Below are positions 12,621 through 26,500 of a stretch of 64,000 nucleotides of DNA, in pieces. The position numbers and the translations under genes are program-made. Position 1 is the stretch's first letter. The number at the start of each line of letters is the position of its first letter. The notes below the pieces were generated by a model, which made no database searches, was not told where the DNA came from, and saw only the letters and a program-made list of their open reading frames with translations. Origin of the DNA: Bispira polyomma (Eukaryota); the NCBI GenBank assembly GCA_965649765.1, contig OZ287757.1, positions 30,132,001 to 30,196,000 of the forward strand. Direction: 5' to 3'.

Positions 12621-14579
12621 ATATGACAAATTAAAATTGTTACCTGATTCCAGTTTTTTTATTGCTGAATTAAATTTACTAAAGGTACCATATCCACTGG
12701 ACATCAACTACACTACAGACAGAATTAGTCTACTTCCGTCTATGTGTATATAGTTATTTTTACCATAGCGTTTAGCTAATCAGAATTGCGGACACAGTCG
12801 TGCCATGTTAGAATTACTGTGTTCGGCTTAGATGGGATGTAAAAAGTTTGGTGTTTAACCATACACGTTTAGATCATACTGCAATAAAGCCAATTTATAA
12901 GCCCCTTTATGACTTTAGGAGAAACATTATTACCATATACCCATCTGTGTTTTATTCACGTATATTTGAATTTAGTTGGGTTTACGTCACTTTCCACAGC
13001 TTAGGTCATATTGCAACGACCAGATTAAATGGTGGTACAAACCATTGAAGCACTGTGAACCACCGACCTACAGCAAGTACCTTACAAACTTCCCCCCTAT
13101 GCAGGAACTAACAGGATTCAAACTGACTCAGCCGAGTGTGTGTTTTAGTTTTACTTGATTAGCAAGTGTTGTTGATATATTGATTGGATGACTTTCATGT
13201 ATTGTGTGAGAAATTTGCTTTCTCCAATCTAAAAAACCCAGTCCTAAAAAACCCAGAGACACGAAAGTCAAAATTAGCCGACAGGGTGTATTGGACTTCT
13301 TCTTTGGATTATTAGAAAATAAAAGTTTTTATATTGATTTGAAGTGTGTGTCTGTGTCTAACATTTGTGGGTAGGAAGATGGATCACAAATGCATTATTA
13401 TTTTGATGAATAGCTGTCTGAAATTTATTCATGGATACCAAAACTGGATGGCTTGTCTGTTTTAAAGTTTTTTCGGGGGTTTTGTGCTTGCTGACAACAT
13501 GAATGGATTGGGATAAAAAATATGCTTTCATACCAAAACACTGAATCAATGAACATTTGGTTTAGTTTAATTAAAATTAATAATTTTAAGTATATTATTA
13601 CTTGTTCATGCTATTATAATTTTACACTTATAAACTTATAAACCTAAATATTTTTTTTTAATTTAGTTAATTGTGACTGTGTATACCACAATGTAATGAA
13701 CATTTAAATATGCCACTGAAATTCACAACCCAAAACATTTCATGCACATTCTGTTACCGCCTACTAATTATACAGTGTCCACAGGATTGAGCCTAACTGA
13801 GGTCTGGGGTTGTAGTCTCGAAAGAAAGATTCAATCTCAAACTCAACTCAAACAAGGGCTATGTGAAAGTATGTGTGCATGGAATAAGCCTATTCAGCAT
13901 TTCGAGTGCTTCTTAGTGTCCTACCTATGATGACTTGATGTATAATGAAACACGGGTAAGTAAAAAGGCAGAGATGGGGATATTACTTTAATTTTCTATG
14001 TTATATCTAACATTTTATTTACATACTGAAGTTTGGTCCACCCAAGCACCAAGAGTTTAAGTTGGTAAATTTAAGGTAACCTTAGCCTGAGAATTTCAGG
14101 TTAAGGTGAGAGATATTAAAATTTAGGGTTTATGTTTTACCCAAACAGTTTCTGTGCCTCCACGATGTGACTTTGACTCATTTATAGTGACGAGTTCCTT
14201 CAGGCGGGAGTCGACTGCTGTCTGAAGAGAGTTGGAGGTCCGCATGGTCTGAAGTGAAGGCACCAGAAGTTTCTCCAGCTGAGCTGTCTGTGACATCAGG
14301 ACTTGATTCTCCAGACTCGAGGTTGCCTTTGAGAACTCTGCACGACTTGCATTATGTGCCCACTTAAAGCTCTGAGTTCCTTTAATATTTGCATATTAAT
14401 ATCGGTAGAAGCCACACCATCACTAGCCTGAACAGAGTTCTGTATATCAATATCAGTTTCAGTTTCTTAAGATTCCTCAGTGTTAGTTACAGTACAACAC
14501 TCTCAAGCAGTGGTTCGGTATAAATGGCAGTGTCTGGATCAGATCCTACCTTACTCTTAGGGAACAAAGAATTTAATTA

Positions 14580-15686
14580 GATGATCACCTATCATCTTCC
14601 ATAAAGCTACCATATGGAGTACCTCAGGGATCCGTCCTTGGCCCTCTACTTTTCACCCTTTATACACCTCCTCTCAGCACTGTCATCAATAAACACAGTA
14701 TAAAAAACCACATGTATGCAGATGACACTCAAGTCTATCTCTCTCTCAATCCACAAAATGCAAATACTAACATATACCTACTTGCAAACTGTCTGTCTGA
14801 TGTCCAGGCGTAGATGAACTACTCCAGACTAAAACTTAACCCTGACAAAACAGAATTCATCCTCATAGAAAACAGGAAAAACAGTGAAATCCTTAAATCT
14901 TTGTTTTCCATCTCCCAGCTGGGAAAAGACACCTTCCGAAAATGCTAAAAACCTGGGTGTCACTTTCGATTCAGCTTTTTCGTTCGATACTCATATTGCC
15001 AACATCTGTTGCTCCTGCTATTACCACATACGCGACATCAAAAGAATCAGAAACTACTTGTTCATGGACACAGCGATAACTGTGGCAAATCCTCTTGTGA
15101 GTAGCCGCCTCGGCTACTGCAATTCTCTCTTGTATAGAGCAAACAAATCACACATTAAAAAGCTCCAGTTCATCCAAAACTACCTATGTAGGGTAATTTT
15201 TTGCCTGGGTTGTGGCACAGACGTCACCCCCACCTCAAAAAATTACACTGGCTGCCCATTAAATCTCGCATTTTGTTTAAGATTCACGTTACTACTTTTA
15301 AGGCTGTAGTCACTCAACAGCCCTACTATCTTGCCTCCCTTCTTTCCTTCAGTAACCGCAAGAGAGGCAACAGACTCTCCGTCACTTCGGTCAGACCAAT
15401 CAGAAAGGTGGGATTCAGGGCGTTCTCCACTGCAGCTCCACGGTTATGGAACAGTCTCCCAGTCGACCTCAGATCAGTTGACACACTTATCAGTTTTAGG
15501 AAAAAGCTTAAAACCTATCTTTTTAATCTTGCCTACTCACCTTAGCTTCCCTCATGCACGCTCCCACTTCCTTTCTTATGACTTTGCAATGTCCATGGAC
15601 TTGATGATTGGACCAATGATTCTGCTGTTGCGCTTTAGAAGATGCCTAGCATCGATAAAGCGCGTTAAAAATCTGTAATAATAGTA
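14580..15686 (+). mobile_element. L2/CR1 LINE 3' fragment (RT C-half and tail)
   Basis: [42 protein letters not shown]; 3' hairpin GATGCCTAGCATC and a TAA-repeat tail. Confidence 0.88.
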
Positions 15687-16569
15687 ACTTTCGTCTATGG
15701 GTTTAATGTGGCTATCTCACATTTTTGGCACTCATACAGTTTTCTCAGTACCATTATCTCTAGTTAAATACAAGAACTCGATCTCTTGACACCAGCGTAT
15801 ATACTTGGAACTATACAAAATTTAGGTTCCAAAATTGTAGAACTTAAGACCAGAATTTGATTTGATACTTTCCTTTAATAGCGCTCCATGAGCAGTATAT
15901 ACGCACGACTCAAGAGTTAACACTTAAACACAGCAGCCAGAACTTGTAAAAAATTAAACAGTAAAAAAAATGTATATAATTAAGATGGCGTTGTTGCCTA
16001 TTCGACTTCAATGTAGAAAGTGCTAGTTTTGCAGAGAAAGCGGGAAAACAGAGGTTAATTAGTAAAAACTGAAGAATTAGAAGAGGGGTTCAGAGGTCAT
16101 GACCCCAGAGGTAAGTTTAGGAAGATACTGGTAGCACTGAACTAGCTATCCAATGTGGGTTTACCCTGCAAAATATCACCAACTTCCCTCCACTTCAAAT
16201 TTTAGAAATAATTAAAACAATTAATATAAAGCACTTATATTGGCAATCTTGGTATCTAACGAAAAATTAGCTTTCAGTGGTTTGTTTATACCAAACAAAA
16301 GCACAGGTTAAAACATAACCTCATTGGCAGAGCTAACCAGGTATTTAACATATGCTTTACGTGGTTGTCAGTTAATAGAAGGAGTTTATAAACTTAGGTA
16401 TGATGAGAACAGTAAGCTTTGATATGTTGGTAAGCAGACACTTTAATTCAGCCACTGAACCATTCCTTTTAGGTAGACATCCATCAATGGTCCATCAATG
16501 GTCCATCAATGGTCCATGTACAAAATATTTCAGTATATTGTTAATTATGTCAAACTTTTATTCCTATTC

Positions 16570-16601
16570 GCTAATGTTATTCTATTTTCTTAATCTTTCA
16601 G
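16570..16601 (+). promoter_or_regulatory. Splice acceptor for the B3GALT coding exon
   Basis: A CTAAT branch-like motif, a pyrimidine tract and TTTCAG lie 31 nt upstream of the ATG. The arrangement is conserved in the paralog (TTTTAG at ~47772). Confidence 0.65.
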
Positions 16602-16632
16602 ATCGTCCTGTAATGGTCAATAAAATGAACAT

Positions 16633-17733
16633 ATGAAAATGGGGTTAATTTCTAAAAGAAGGCAATTACTAGGTGTTGTCTTATCAGCAACTTTCTTAGT
16701 ATATAATGTATCATCACTTTACACTTTCATCTACCAAAGATATGAGAGGATACATCAAGCGGGCAGCCTTCAACACTCCACCATTCTTCAATATACCTTT
16801 ATAAACAGGTCAACAACACTCAAGACAGGCTATACAGAAATGGGGAATAAGAGCATAGTAGTCGGTTATAGCAATAGTGTCAACCAAAGCACTGCAGCAA
16901 AAAGACTGGTGGTAAAACAACAAAAAATAAAACTGAACACTAGCCAAGAAACCCATCAAGTGAATCAGTCTGCAGAGGAAATATTACCCATGATAACCCT
17001 GGAATACTTTATACAGGCAAATTGTCCATTTCCTGTCAAGGGAACTAGTCCTAGTGCCAGTGGTCTTTTACTGGTAGCTGTAATAACAGATACCACTAAT
17101 TTTGTACGACGCACCAGGATAAGAAAGAGATATGGAAATGAAAAGAACTATGCAAGGTTTGTGTTCTTCCTTGGCCTATCAACAGATAACTTCATTAATG
17201 TTCAAATACAAAAAGAGAGTGCCCTATATGGGGATATTGTACAGGCAAACTTCTTGGATACCTACAGAAACCTCACACTGAAAACGGTTTCAATGGTCAA
17301 CTGGGTCACAGACTATTGTAACAACAGCAAGTTTGTCCTAAAAATGGATGATGATATGACCTTGAACTTACCAGCTCTCCACAATGTTGTGGTACAAATA
17401 GAAGTCTCAAAAGAAGGCGTCATCACTGGAAACTGCGAGAATACTCCAAAACCAAATAGAAACCCAAAATCAAAGTGGTTTGCAAGTATGGATGCATTTA
17501 CCGAAGAAACATATCCCCCAATATGTCTTGGTCCTTCGTACTTGCTATCAGGAAATGCTTTACCTAAGCTACGAGCCTCCATAAGAGAGACCCCATTCTT
17601 CTGGTTAGAAGATGTCTACTTAACAGGGCTGGTCCGGGAAAAGGCGGGTGTTAGGATTCAATATATACAATCATTTTTCTGTTATCCAACTAGAAACAAG
17701 CACTGTCCTCTGACACATGGAATCAGTCATTAA
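16633..17733 (+). CDS. Beta-1,3-galactosyltransferase-like protein (GT31, Galactosyl_T), type II membrane, single coding exon
   Basis: N-terminal signal anchor and stem, then FVFFLG, ESALYGDIVQANFLDTYRNLTLKT, FVLKMDDD (DxD), YPPICLGPSYLLS and EDVYLTG. The 366-aa ORF is intact. Confidence 0.93.
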   Translation: MKMGLISKRRQLLGVVLSATFLVYNVSSLYTFIYQRYERIHQAGSLQHSTILQYTFINRSTTLKTGYTEMGNKSIVVGYSNSVNQSTAAKRLVVKQQKIKLNTSQETHQVNQSAEEILPMITLEYFIQANCPFPVKGTSPSASGLLLVAVITDTTNFVRRTRIRKRYGNEKNYARFVFFLGLSTDNFINVQIQKESALYGDIVQANFLDTYRNLTLKTVSMVNWVTDYCNNSKFVLKMDDDMTLNLPALHNVVVQIEVSKEGVITGNCENTPKPNRNPKSKWFASMDAFTEETYPPICLGPSYLLSGNALPKLRASIRETPFFWLEDVYLTGLVREKAGVRIQYIQSFFCYPTRNKHCPLTHGISH

Positions 17734-18479
17734 ATGTCTACTAAGAAGCCATAGAAAGTATTTTAATATTACAGTAGAACCTGTATTATACGAATATCTG
17801 TTATCCGACTATTGTATTTCATGAATTCATTTTCACTCTCCTAAATTAGTTTTCTTATTGTTTTGTAGTTAAGAGCATTTTCGATAATGTGAACATTCTA
17901 TTATCCCAACAAAATCTTTGTTTATTGTATCAAATATTATGATTGGCTAAATCGGAGATTTCCGGAACTATAGCAGTTTACACTTTTGTAGGTATATTCT
18001 CTGTGAAAATTCAGTTTTTCTAAAATATGTTGAAAAAATTTTGTTCACAACAACTGGGGATGTTACAATAAGGGAACAATGGCAATTGTTATGGTATATA
18101 TGTCACCTATACTGTGATCTTGCAGACGGAAAGATTCTCTTGTAAATACGTTAGCTCAGATTTGATTTATTGTACACTAATTGTTTGAGTTAAGGTCTCC
18201 CTAAGCTGAGATCAAGATTTGGAGTAGTCTTAACATAAATGGCCATTAAATTGTAAATTGGGGTTTTTCCCAATTTTACCAAGATTAAATTGTACTGAAA
18301 TTAATAAATGTCACCTTTTATGGAACCTCAGAATAAGGTTAATGTAAACTGTAATAATATATGTGTATAACTAAAAAATAATGATAGGTGGATGTAGCAG
18401 CTTATGTACACAACATTGCAGTCATATACATTTTATTTTGTCAAGACAACTATTTTTATGATTTGCATTTTTGCGATAC

Positions 18480-21400
18480 TATATTTTTCTCAATTTTTGT
18501 TGTTCTCCTTTTTGTGAATTTCCTCATAGTAATTACTTTCTCCTGTCTTCAATCATGTTGAAAATACTGCTGCCTTGCTTTATTCTAGCCATTACTAGGA
18601 TCCTTTCCTGGAACTCTTGTCCAAATTTTTACCAGCAATATCCCATCCAAATCAAAATCTGCCATTCTTTTCTATCACCATTAGACAACATAAACACTGC
18701 TGTTTTCTGTTTCAAAATCCACCTCTTTTGGCATCCAAACCCCTGTGTTATAAACCTTTGAATTACCTTACTTACCGCTCTTTGTGGCAATATTCAAATA
18801 AAACCTAGGTCTTTCTGATCAAATATAAAAATTGGTGCCTTCAATGCCAATCCATCTGCAAGAAGGTGCCTTCAGTCACCGCCCTTATCAAAACCCATGA
18901 CCTTAATGTGGCCTGTGTGTCTGAGACTCAGCTCAGCCCCAAGGATACTTTTGCATTCCTTTCTGATATCACACCTTCAGGCTATACATTGCACCACTCT
19001 CCTAGGCCAGTCAACGGGGGGGGGTGGGGGGGGAGCGGGGGGGGTTGGTGTTGCTATCATTGTCAAGAGTATCCTCTCAAGTGAAATTCTTAATATTGAT
19101 GACTCTTCATCTTTTGAATGTATTACCTGCAAAATTTTAAATGGATTTCAATCATTTTTAGTTTCCTTCCTCTATCATCCACCGAGCCCTGCTATATCTG
19201 CCTCCAATCAAGATTTTTCTGATTTCCTTAAATCAATTAACCTCCTCCCGTTGAAATCTATTGTACTTGCAGACTTCCACATCAAATTCGACATTAAAAA
19301 CACAGCAACCGAAGATTTCTACAGCCTATCGAATATTTTTAAATTCAAACAGTTTATTTCCACTCCCATTCATCTCCACAACCACATTCTCGACCTGATC
19401 ATTGCTCGACCTAAGTCCAAGCTGATACAGGATGTATGGGTTGCTAATGGGGTGTCTGAACATCTTGCAATTTTTTGCAAATCGTGTGCTGCCTAAACCA
19501 CTGTCACACAAACCTCAGGTAATTAAATTCCTCAACATCACAAAAATTAACTTTCTCAGATTTCGGATGACAGAGTTGCTTCTTGCCTCATTAAACACCC
19601 TTGTAAAATAGTATCAGTCTACAATATAACCATACCTTGTCCTCTATCCTTGACAGTTATGCTCTTCGAGTTTCTAAAACCCTCCCACTGTCTGACCCCC
19701 ATAAATGGACCAACGCAAACATTAAGGAAGCTAAAAGACATATTAGTAAGTGTAACTTGAGTGGCTATGGTGGCGCACTAAATCAACACTTGATAGAAAG
19801 CGTCAAGAATCGCCAGAAACCACTTCAATGCCCTGATGACCAGAGCCCAAAAACAGCACTATGATTCGATCCAAATAGGTTATGGAGCTCCATAAAAAAA
19901 TACTCCACCACACAGCTGAACAAGTTAAAAATAATTGCCTCACATTACTTGCACAAAAATTTAGAAAATTTTTCATTGGAAAAATAACTAAAATTCATGG
20001 TTTTTCAACAATGCTACAGTTCGCTCCACCATCCCCTTGTTATAAAGTTTCAAATCTGCTACATTTAACCCACTTTCAGAGAACAAAGTTCTCAAATTCA
20101 TAAAATCTAACTTTATCAAATCCTATGAACTAGATCCTATCCCTGCTGTTATTTTTACAGAATGCTTTGACATTCTCATAAGTCTTTTCGCCAACATCAT
20201 AAATTAATCGCTTAGAGATGGTATATTTCCCTCTTGTTTCAAAACCGCATATGTCATCCCCTTGCTGAAAAACCAGGCCTTGACAAAAATTGGCTAAAAA
20301 CTATAGACCAGTCTCTAACCTCAGCTTTGTATTTAAACTTATTGAGAAAGCTGTTGCTAAAGAAATCCATGATCACCTTGATAAACAAACATAGCTAACT
20401 CCCACCAATCTGCCAAAAGAATATTTTACTCTAGGAAGAGTGCCCTACTTTCAATCAGTGACAACATTAACCTTGCCTTGGATCGTAATGAAACTGTGGC
20501 TCTCACCCTTCTCAATCTCTCCGCAGCTTTTGATACTATCGACCATGGCTAACTCTTTGACACCCTAAAACAGTGGTTTGATCTTCTAAACCCTCATAAT
20601 GCCGGAAACAACCTTGACTTACTTGCCGACTGTCTTGCCTCAGTTCAGGCGTGGATGAACTACTCTAAACTGATATTAAACCCAGATAAAAAGGAATTCA
20701 TCCTAATTGGCAACAAGAAACACAGTGTATACTGTACCATAGATCTTAAGATCACTTTTCCCAATCACACTACTGGGCAATGAGATTACACCTTCAGAAC
20801 TGGTCAAAAACCTAGGTGTCACTATTGATCCTGTTTTTTCATTTATTCCTCACATTAACAACATCTGCCACTCCTGCTACTATCACATTTGGGACCTCAA
20901 AAGAATTAGAAATTATCTGTCACTTGATACTGCTATCACTGTGGCCAACGCTCTTGTGAGTAGCTGCCTTGACTATTGTAATTCTTTTCTGTTTGGAGCT
21001 AATAAGTCCCATATAAATAAGTTGCAGTCCATTCAAAATTATCTATGTCGAGTCATCTTTTGTTTGGGTATTCATACTGATCATACCTCAAGCAACTCCA
21101 CTGGCTTCCGAATCACTATCGAATGCTGTTTAAAATGCACATAACTACCTTTAAAGCTGTTGTTTTTCAACAGCCTCAGTACCTTGCTACAAAACTCTCC
21201 TTTAGCAACCTTAAAATTGAAAAGAGACTCTCTGTTTCTTTCAAAAAAAAAACAAGATGGTGGGGTCTGGAGCCTTCTTGGTCACCACCCCTATGCTATA
21301 GAACCACCTTTCGGTTGAACTTAGAATGCTCGAAACACTTTATGGATTCAGGAAAAAGCTCAAAACCTATCTCTTCAGGCTCACCTATCCTCCATAGTCC

Positions 21401-21540
21401 TCTCCCTTGGTGCTGACGCATCCATATGACCTGGCTATTGTTTATCGATTTTTCTACTGGATGATCGATTCTGATGTTACAGCTTAGAACATGCCTAGCA
21501 TCAATAAGGCACGTTAAAAATGTACAATACAATACAATTT
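18480..21540 (+). mobile_element. L2/CR1 LINE, degenerate ORF2 with an internal deletion of the RT core
   Basis: EN motifs VSETQL, GGGV, YHPP, HILDL; RT motifs YRPVSNL, LSAAFDTIDH. The sequence jumps at ~20580 past PQG/YADD. It ends in a CATGCCTAGCATC hairpin and a (TACAA)3 tail. Confidence 0.88.
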
Positions 21541-23090
21541 TTTTAAATGAGGTTTCATAGTTAGGCATTTATAGTTTACGAACACCTTAGCTTATAGGTG
21601 CTCAATTTAAGGTTACATTAACTCTGAATCTCTGACAGGACGACAAGTCCCACTTTGATATTATGCACACACATCTGGCCAACACCACCATATATTATTG
21701 CATAACATGTTACAGGTTCCAATCAATTGCCTTGGAACCCCCCTGGAAACAGCTGGAATTTCCGATTGACATCATAATCAATCTAGTTAGTCTCAGATTG
21801 ATACAAGTACATTTGTGGTGCGTTTGTAATGGCCATCTGTGTAAAACCTAGGTATTATCCTTGAGACAAACAGCCAAAACTAATAAGCGAACTAACAGGC
21901 AGACGTGTAAACATGACTGCTTAATGCTTATTTGACAGTGGTCATAAATTATGATGGAAACACTAAGCTGTGTTGACTTTGACAGAATTTGTAGATGCTG
22001 TTGGACTAGTATTTTGTGTTATAAAACATTCTTATATTTTCCATGATGCTGAACCAAGTAGAAGGTTGTGATTTTTGTTGAAATATTACTAGCATGGAAA
22101 GATATACCTCATTTATCTAATTGTGCCTAATTATAATGTTTAAAATACCCCAATCTCAAATACCCCAATGCACCTGTACATTGAAACCTCATATTTATTG
22201 ATCTTGACAGGCTAACATTCCCATTCACTCAATTTTGATTTCAAAACTAAAAACAACATGTGTAATAGTCATAACACTTAATGGAAGTCAGCCGTTTTCT
22301 GAACATAAAAGTCATTTGAATGTTGTTGTTTTTTAATTATTTGTTCATATAACATCGAGCGAAGATCATTAAACTGACATCACTAACTTATGATATCACT
22401 GAAGAAGTGTCGGAGAATGTTTACTACACTGCTTACAAATTTGTGTTATTATATATTACTTTTTTTGATAAAAATTTAAATACTTGAAAGTGATATTGAA
22501 TAATATGATAAGGTGTATTAACATATTTAAATTGATTTTTTGTATTTATTGCACTGTTAGCATAATATGTGCCCGGTACCTGATACTCCACTCTCTAATA
22601 TGTTGAGCTCTTTTAATAAGGGCAAGGTATCTTGTATCTAGCTTTGTCTTTAACGATTCTTTGAACTAAGAGAATTTAAAAATAGTTCCTGAAATTGATT
22701 TAAAAAATTAGATATGGGACCTATAAAAAAAAATTTAAAAACAAATTTAAATTGTACTCTTATTTCTATGCTTTTAAACTTGAAACATAAAGAGGTAATA
22801 AAAGAGTGTACTATATTATCACAGAAGTAAAAATAACATAATTGTGAATATTATATTATCACAGCTGATGTTAAATTAATCACTGTTTTATGACACACAC
22901 ACCAGTTAAAATTTTCAGGTAGATTTGCTAATAAGCTTACACACGCAGAATATCATGGTATTATGTTTGGGTTTTAACATACCTGAATATTTTTTTGTAT
23001 AGATTTCACAATCATATAATGTTCTCAGAACTAACTAAATCTTTTTTCACTGTTGCTGTTATGCCTAGAGTTGTGAATTTATATACATAT

Positions 23091-23425
23091 TATTGTGAAT
23101 TGCTGCCTACCTGTAACTGTCTGTGGTGACTGTATCCTTAAGACAGCTGTAGTCCACAGTGTCTGTGCCACTGTATGTCACGACTGTCACAGGTGAGGTT
23201 CACACAATGTTCGTGTCACTTTATGACACCGATAAACCATGCACAATGTTTATTTGTTGTCCCAGTATACAACTGTCTGTATTCAAAATATCTGCGGTAA
23301 GTGTCGCTCTCGGGATATCACTTCCGGTCTCGTTTGCGGCAGTTTCACGGCTAGGCGAACGACGACTTTATAACCAGTCTCGTTTGTGGCAGATCCAAGG
23401 CTAGGAAGACGGCGACTTCACAACA
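23091..23425 (-). repeat. 3' LTR (335 bp)
   Basis: Direct repeat of 34441-34761, with about 15 substitutions and a 14-bp indel by eye. Minus-strand TATAAA at 23367-23372 and AATAAA at 23249-23254. Confidence 0.96.
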
Positions 23426-23434
23426 TTCCTCCCT
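23426..23434 (-). other. Polypurine tract
   Basis: Minus-strand AGGGAGGAA directly abuts the TG of the 3' LTR. Confidence 0.8.
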
Positions 23435-23526
23435 GTCGTGAAAAACACTCCCTCGTATGGCTTTACAACAAGTGAAACTACACCTATTGATAGAGTATGT
23501 AAGTGAATGTGCACCTACATGGAGAA

Positions 23527-26500
23527 TCAATATGTAAGTGAATGCACACCTACATTGATTCCCCCTACCAAAATTATACCGTACAGATTTTTGGTGTTGA
23601 GGAATGTGACCGACAGAACTTCTGGAAGAGGTAACTGTTTTAATTCGGCCACTCTGGAGGCTACCTCCACCAGTCCGTAAGGGGTGTTGAAATTCTCCTC
23701 CTGATGGACAGGCGCCAAAAGATGCGGGGAATCAGTCTCTAGAAGAATCCGGTCGAGTGGTAATGTTCGGACCACTTCCTCAAGCTCATTATGTCTAGTA
23801 TCCCAGAGAAGTATTGCCGTGAACCCAAGCATCACCCGCGGAAACCGTCTTAACCATTCCTCCTTTTCCTCCATCCCCCGTTGTAGCAATGCCTGTGGAT
23901 CCGGTAAGACTGCCTGTGAAACTGAGGCAGCTCCGCCTGCATAACCTTCAGACAATGGTTACTGGCTTCAGTGGAGTAGCTAGCATCGCGACAGTGAATA
24001 ACTAACACTTTCGCCCAAAGCTGCTTTTCAACATAAAAATGAAGAAAGTCAGCCAATACATCACATTGCTGCTTTAAATACTCATGGTGGTAGCCACCCA
24101 GGTCAATACCGATCTCACCAATTCCACGACAATGGCCTTCTTTTGAGATCAACCTTTTCATGCAGTCCATTTCCTTGACTAGAACCCGATGAGCCTGCTT
24201 TGGGTGCACTCCGAAAGTAAAATAAAGAGCTTTTTCCTCTTTCAGAGAATCCAACTCATCCTTGAAGGGAACCTGGTCACAGAAATTACAAACGCCCACC
24301 TCAAGGCACACCGCAACAGAAGGCATAGGGCCATCCTCCAATATTCTACCAAGCTTTTTTTGCTTCGCCTTCTCACGCAGTCTGTCCATGTAGAAATGGG
24401 AATCCCCCAGAGGATATATTACCGGGGCCCCCTCTTCACATGTCAACCCCCTGCCACATACATTCTTTTTGATCATGTTCAACCTTTGGTGTTTCTCCCT
24501 CTCTCTTCTCTCCTCCTTGGTATAAGGCACCCCAATGTTCCCTGGTCTTGTCCTTCTTACTTTGGCCTTAACCTCCACCTTCACACTTCCCGCTGTTCGC
24601 TTGGCTGCCACCTTGCTTGCGTAAGACACCATTGGCACAACAAATACAGGTGACTTCCCCTCTACTTTCCCCTTACACTCAACTGTTTTCTCCCCTTGAC
24701 TGCCAACGGCTGCAGACAAGGTCTCTTCTGCTCTGGCAAGCTGCCTCACAGGTGACGTTCCCTCTACCCTTGAGGATGCCCCCCTGATTGGTTCATCTGT
24801 ATCCATTCGTTCTGGCTCAGAGGGTGGTCTAACAGCAGGAGTGGAAGACACCCCTGATTGTCTAACCTCACCTTCTGGCTCAGAAGGTGGTTTAATAGCA
24901 GGAGAGGATGACACCCCTGATTGTCTAACGTCATCCCCAGCAAGCACCACCTCCACATCAGACTGAACATTCACAGCGTCTACTTGCACCAAAAAATTTG
25001 GTCGAGACCACTGTACTCTTTTCTCACCGACACAGTTAATTAGATGACTCAAAGCTCTCCACTGAACCAATGATGACACACGATTGGGAGGATTGATCCG
25101 TGACGCTATAGTTAAGGGATGTCCAGTAAATCACATATGAAAATTGTTTATCAATGTTTTATCCCCATCAGTCAGTGCATAAAATTCACCGGCTGGATAC
25201 CAGTCCCTTTCCTGAACCAGGTCCAACAACTCATCTAGGTTCCCACAGCCAACTAACCCACTAATGTTCATGAGGACTTACTCAAACTGTTTCATCCTGT
25301 CGTCCAGAGGCATCTCACTCTGCAAGGCACAACAAGCTGGAAGATGTCGCCCCACCATATGCCTTCTAAGGTGTGTTGTTCTCACAGAACAATTGTCCAT
25401 GTAACAGGCATTTTTTGAGGGTTTTGCAGAAAACGATTTATATGCAGATGAAGGTTGATTTTGTCTGATCTTTCTGGGCTGTGTACCAGAGTATCTAGGT
25501 TCTGGTGACCTACGCTTAACACGGTCGTCCGATCCTGACGGTAAACTCTCTTTCAGGGTAACAACTGTAGAGGATCGCTCCACAGGTCGACTGTCCAATA
25601 CTCTGAGTGTCGAGACACTATGACTCGTACTCTCTGCAGAGGATATCTCCGCAGAGTGTGCACTCGACTTGGAACCACCTTGGGCAACTGACGTGACCGC
25701 ACGTGGTTTGCTGGAACGCTCTAAACAAACTGACGTGGTCACACTCGGTTTAGGAGCCACTGATTCGGTCGCACTTGACCTGCTAGGGAGCACTGGAACA
25801 GATGACGTTGCCTCGATGTGAGAAGCGCCTTCTCTGGTTACTCTAGATGAACCCCTGGCACCACGTTCTGGAAGAGGAAACTCTCTGCAAGTCTTGCATG
25901 TGTCTAAGTCCTTTAAACACCTGGCCAATAAACGTGTAACATAGCTGAACAAGCAAATCACTTATCTCCTGATCCTCTTCCCTCGTTAGTTTCCTCTGGC
26001 TCGAATGATCATAATCCTCATTGATGCGAAAAGAATCATGATGAGGACTCTCTTCTCTGTATGTAGGACGAGGATAGGAATCATGATATCGACTCCTCTC
26101 ATCATGACTATACTCTGTGTGATTTCGGCGTCGAGAAGAATCGTGATGAGGACTCTCTTCTCTGTATGTAGGACGAGCATTGAAATCATGATATCGACTT
26201 CTCTGATCATGACTATACTCTGCGTAACTTCGGCTTGAAGAACCCGAATCGCGTCTGGAGTAGGAATTAGAATAGCGACTCCTCTCATTTTGGCTATAAC
26301 CTGTCTGATTCCGGCGTGAAGAATCTGAATCATGTCTGGAGTAGGAATCAGAATGGCGACTCCTCTCACCCTGGCTATATCTTATCTGACTTTGATACGA
26401 GAAATCCGAATGGCGACTCCTTGCATCCTGTCTGTCAGTGGAAACCTCGTGGCTGTCAGGTGAGGAATCCTGATAACGACTCCCCGAAAAACTACCACCT

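Larger units (their letters stand above)
5820..17830 (+). repeat. Segmental duplicon 1 (B3GALT unit)
   Basis: Collinear matches to duplicon 2: 5820-6320 ~ 21875-22350; 11160-13050 ~ 22365-22393 plus 38805-40080; 13230-13890 ~ 40270-41070; 16320-17830 ~ 47620-48940. Confidence 0.85.

Noticed and set aside
23159-23404. Duplicated small ORF (also 34509-34709)
   Set aside because: It is simply the antisense reading of the two LTRs.
23527-25079. TatD as bacterial contamination or a host TATDN gene
   Set aside because: It is intronless, fused to a long low-complexity N-terminus, and enclosed by LTRs, PPT and TSD within animal sequence.
25986-26369. Repetitive hydrophobic ORFs in alternative frames and strand
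   Set aside because: These are shadow frames of the RS-repeat region.
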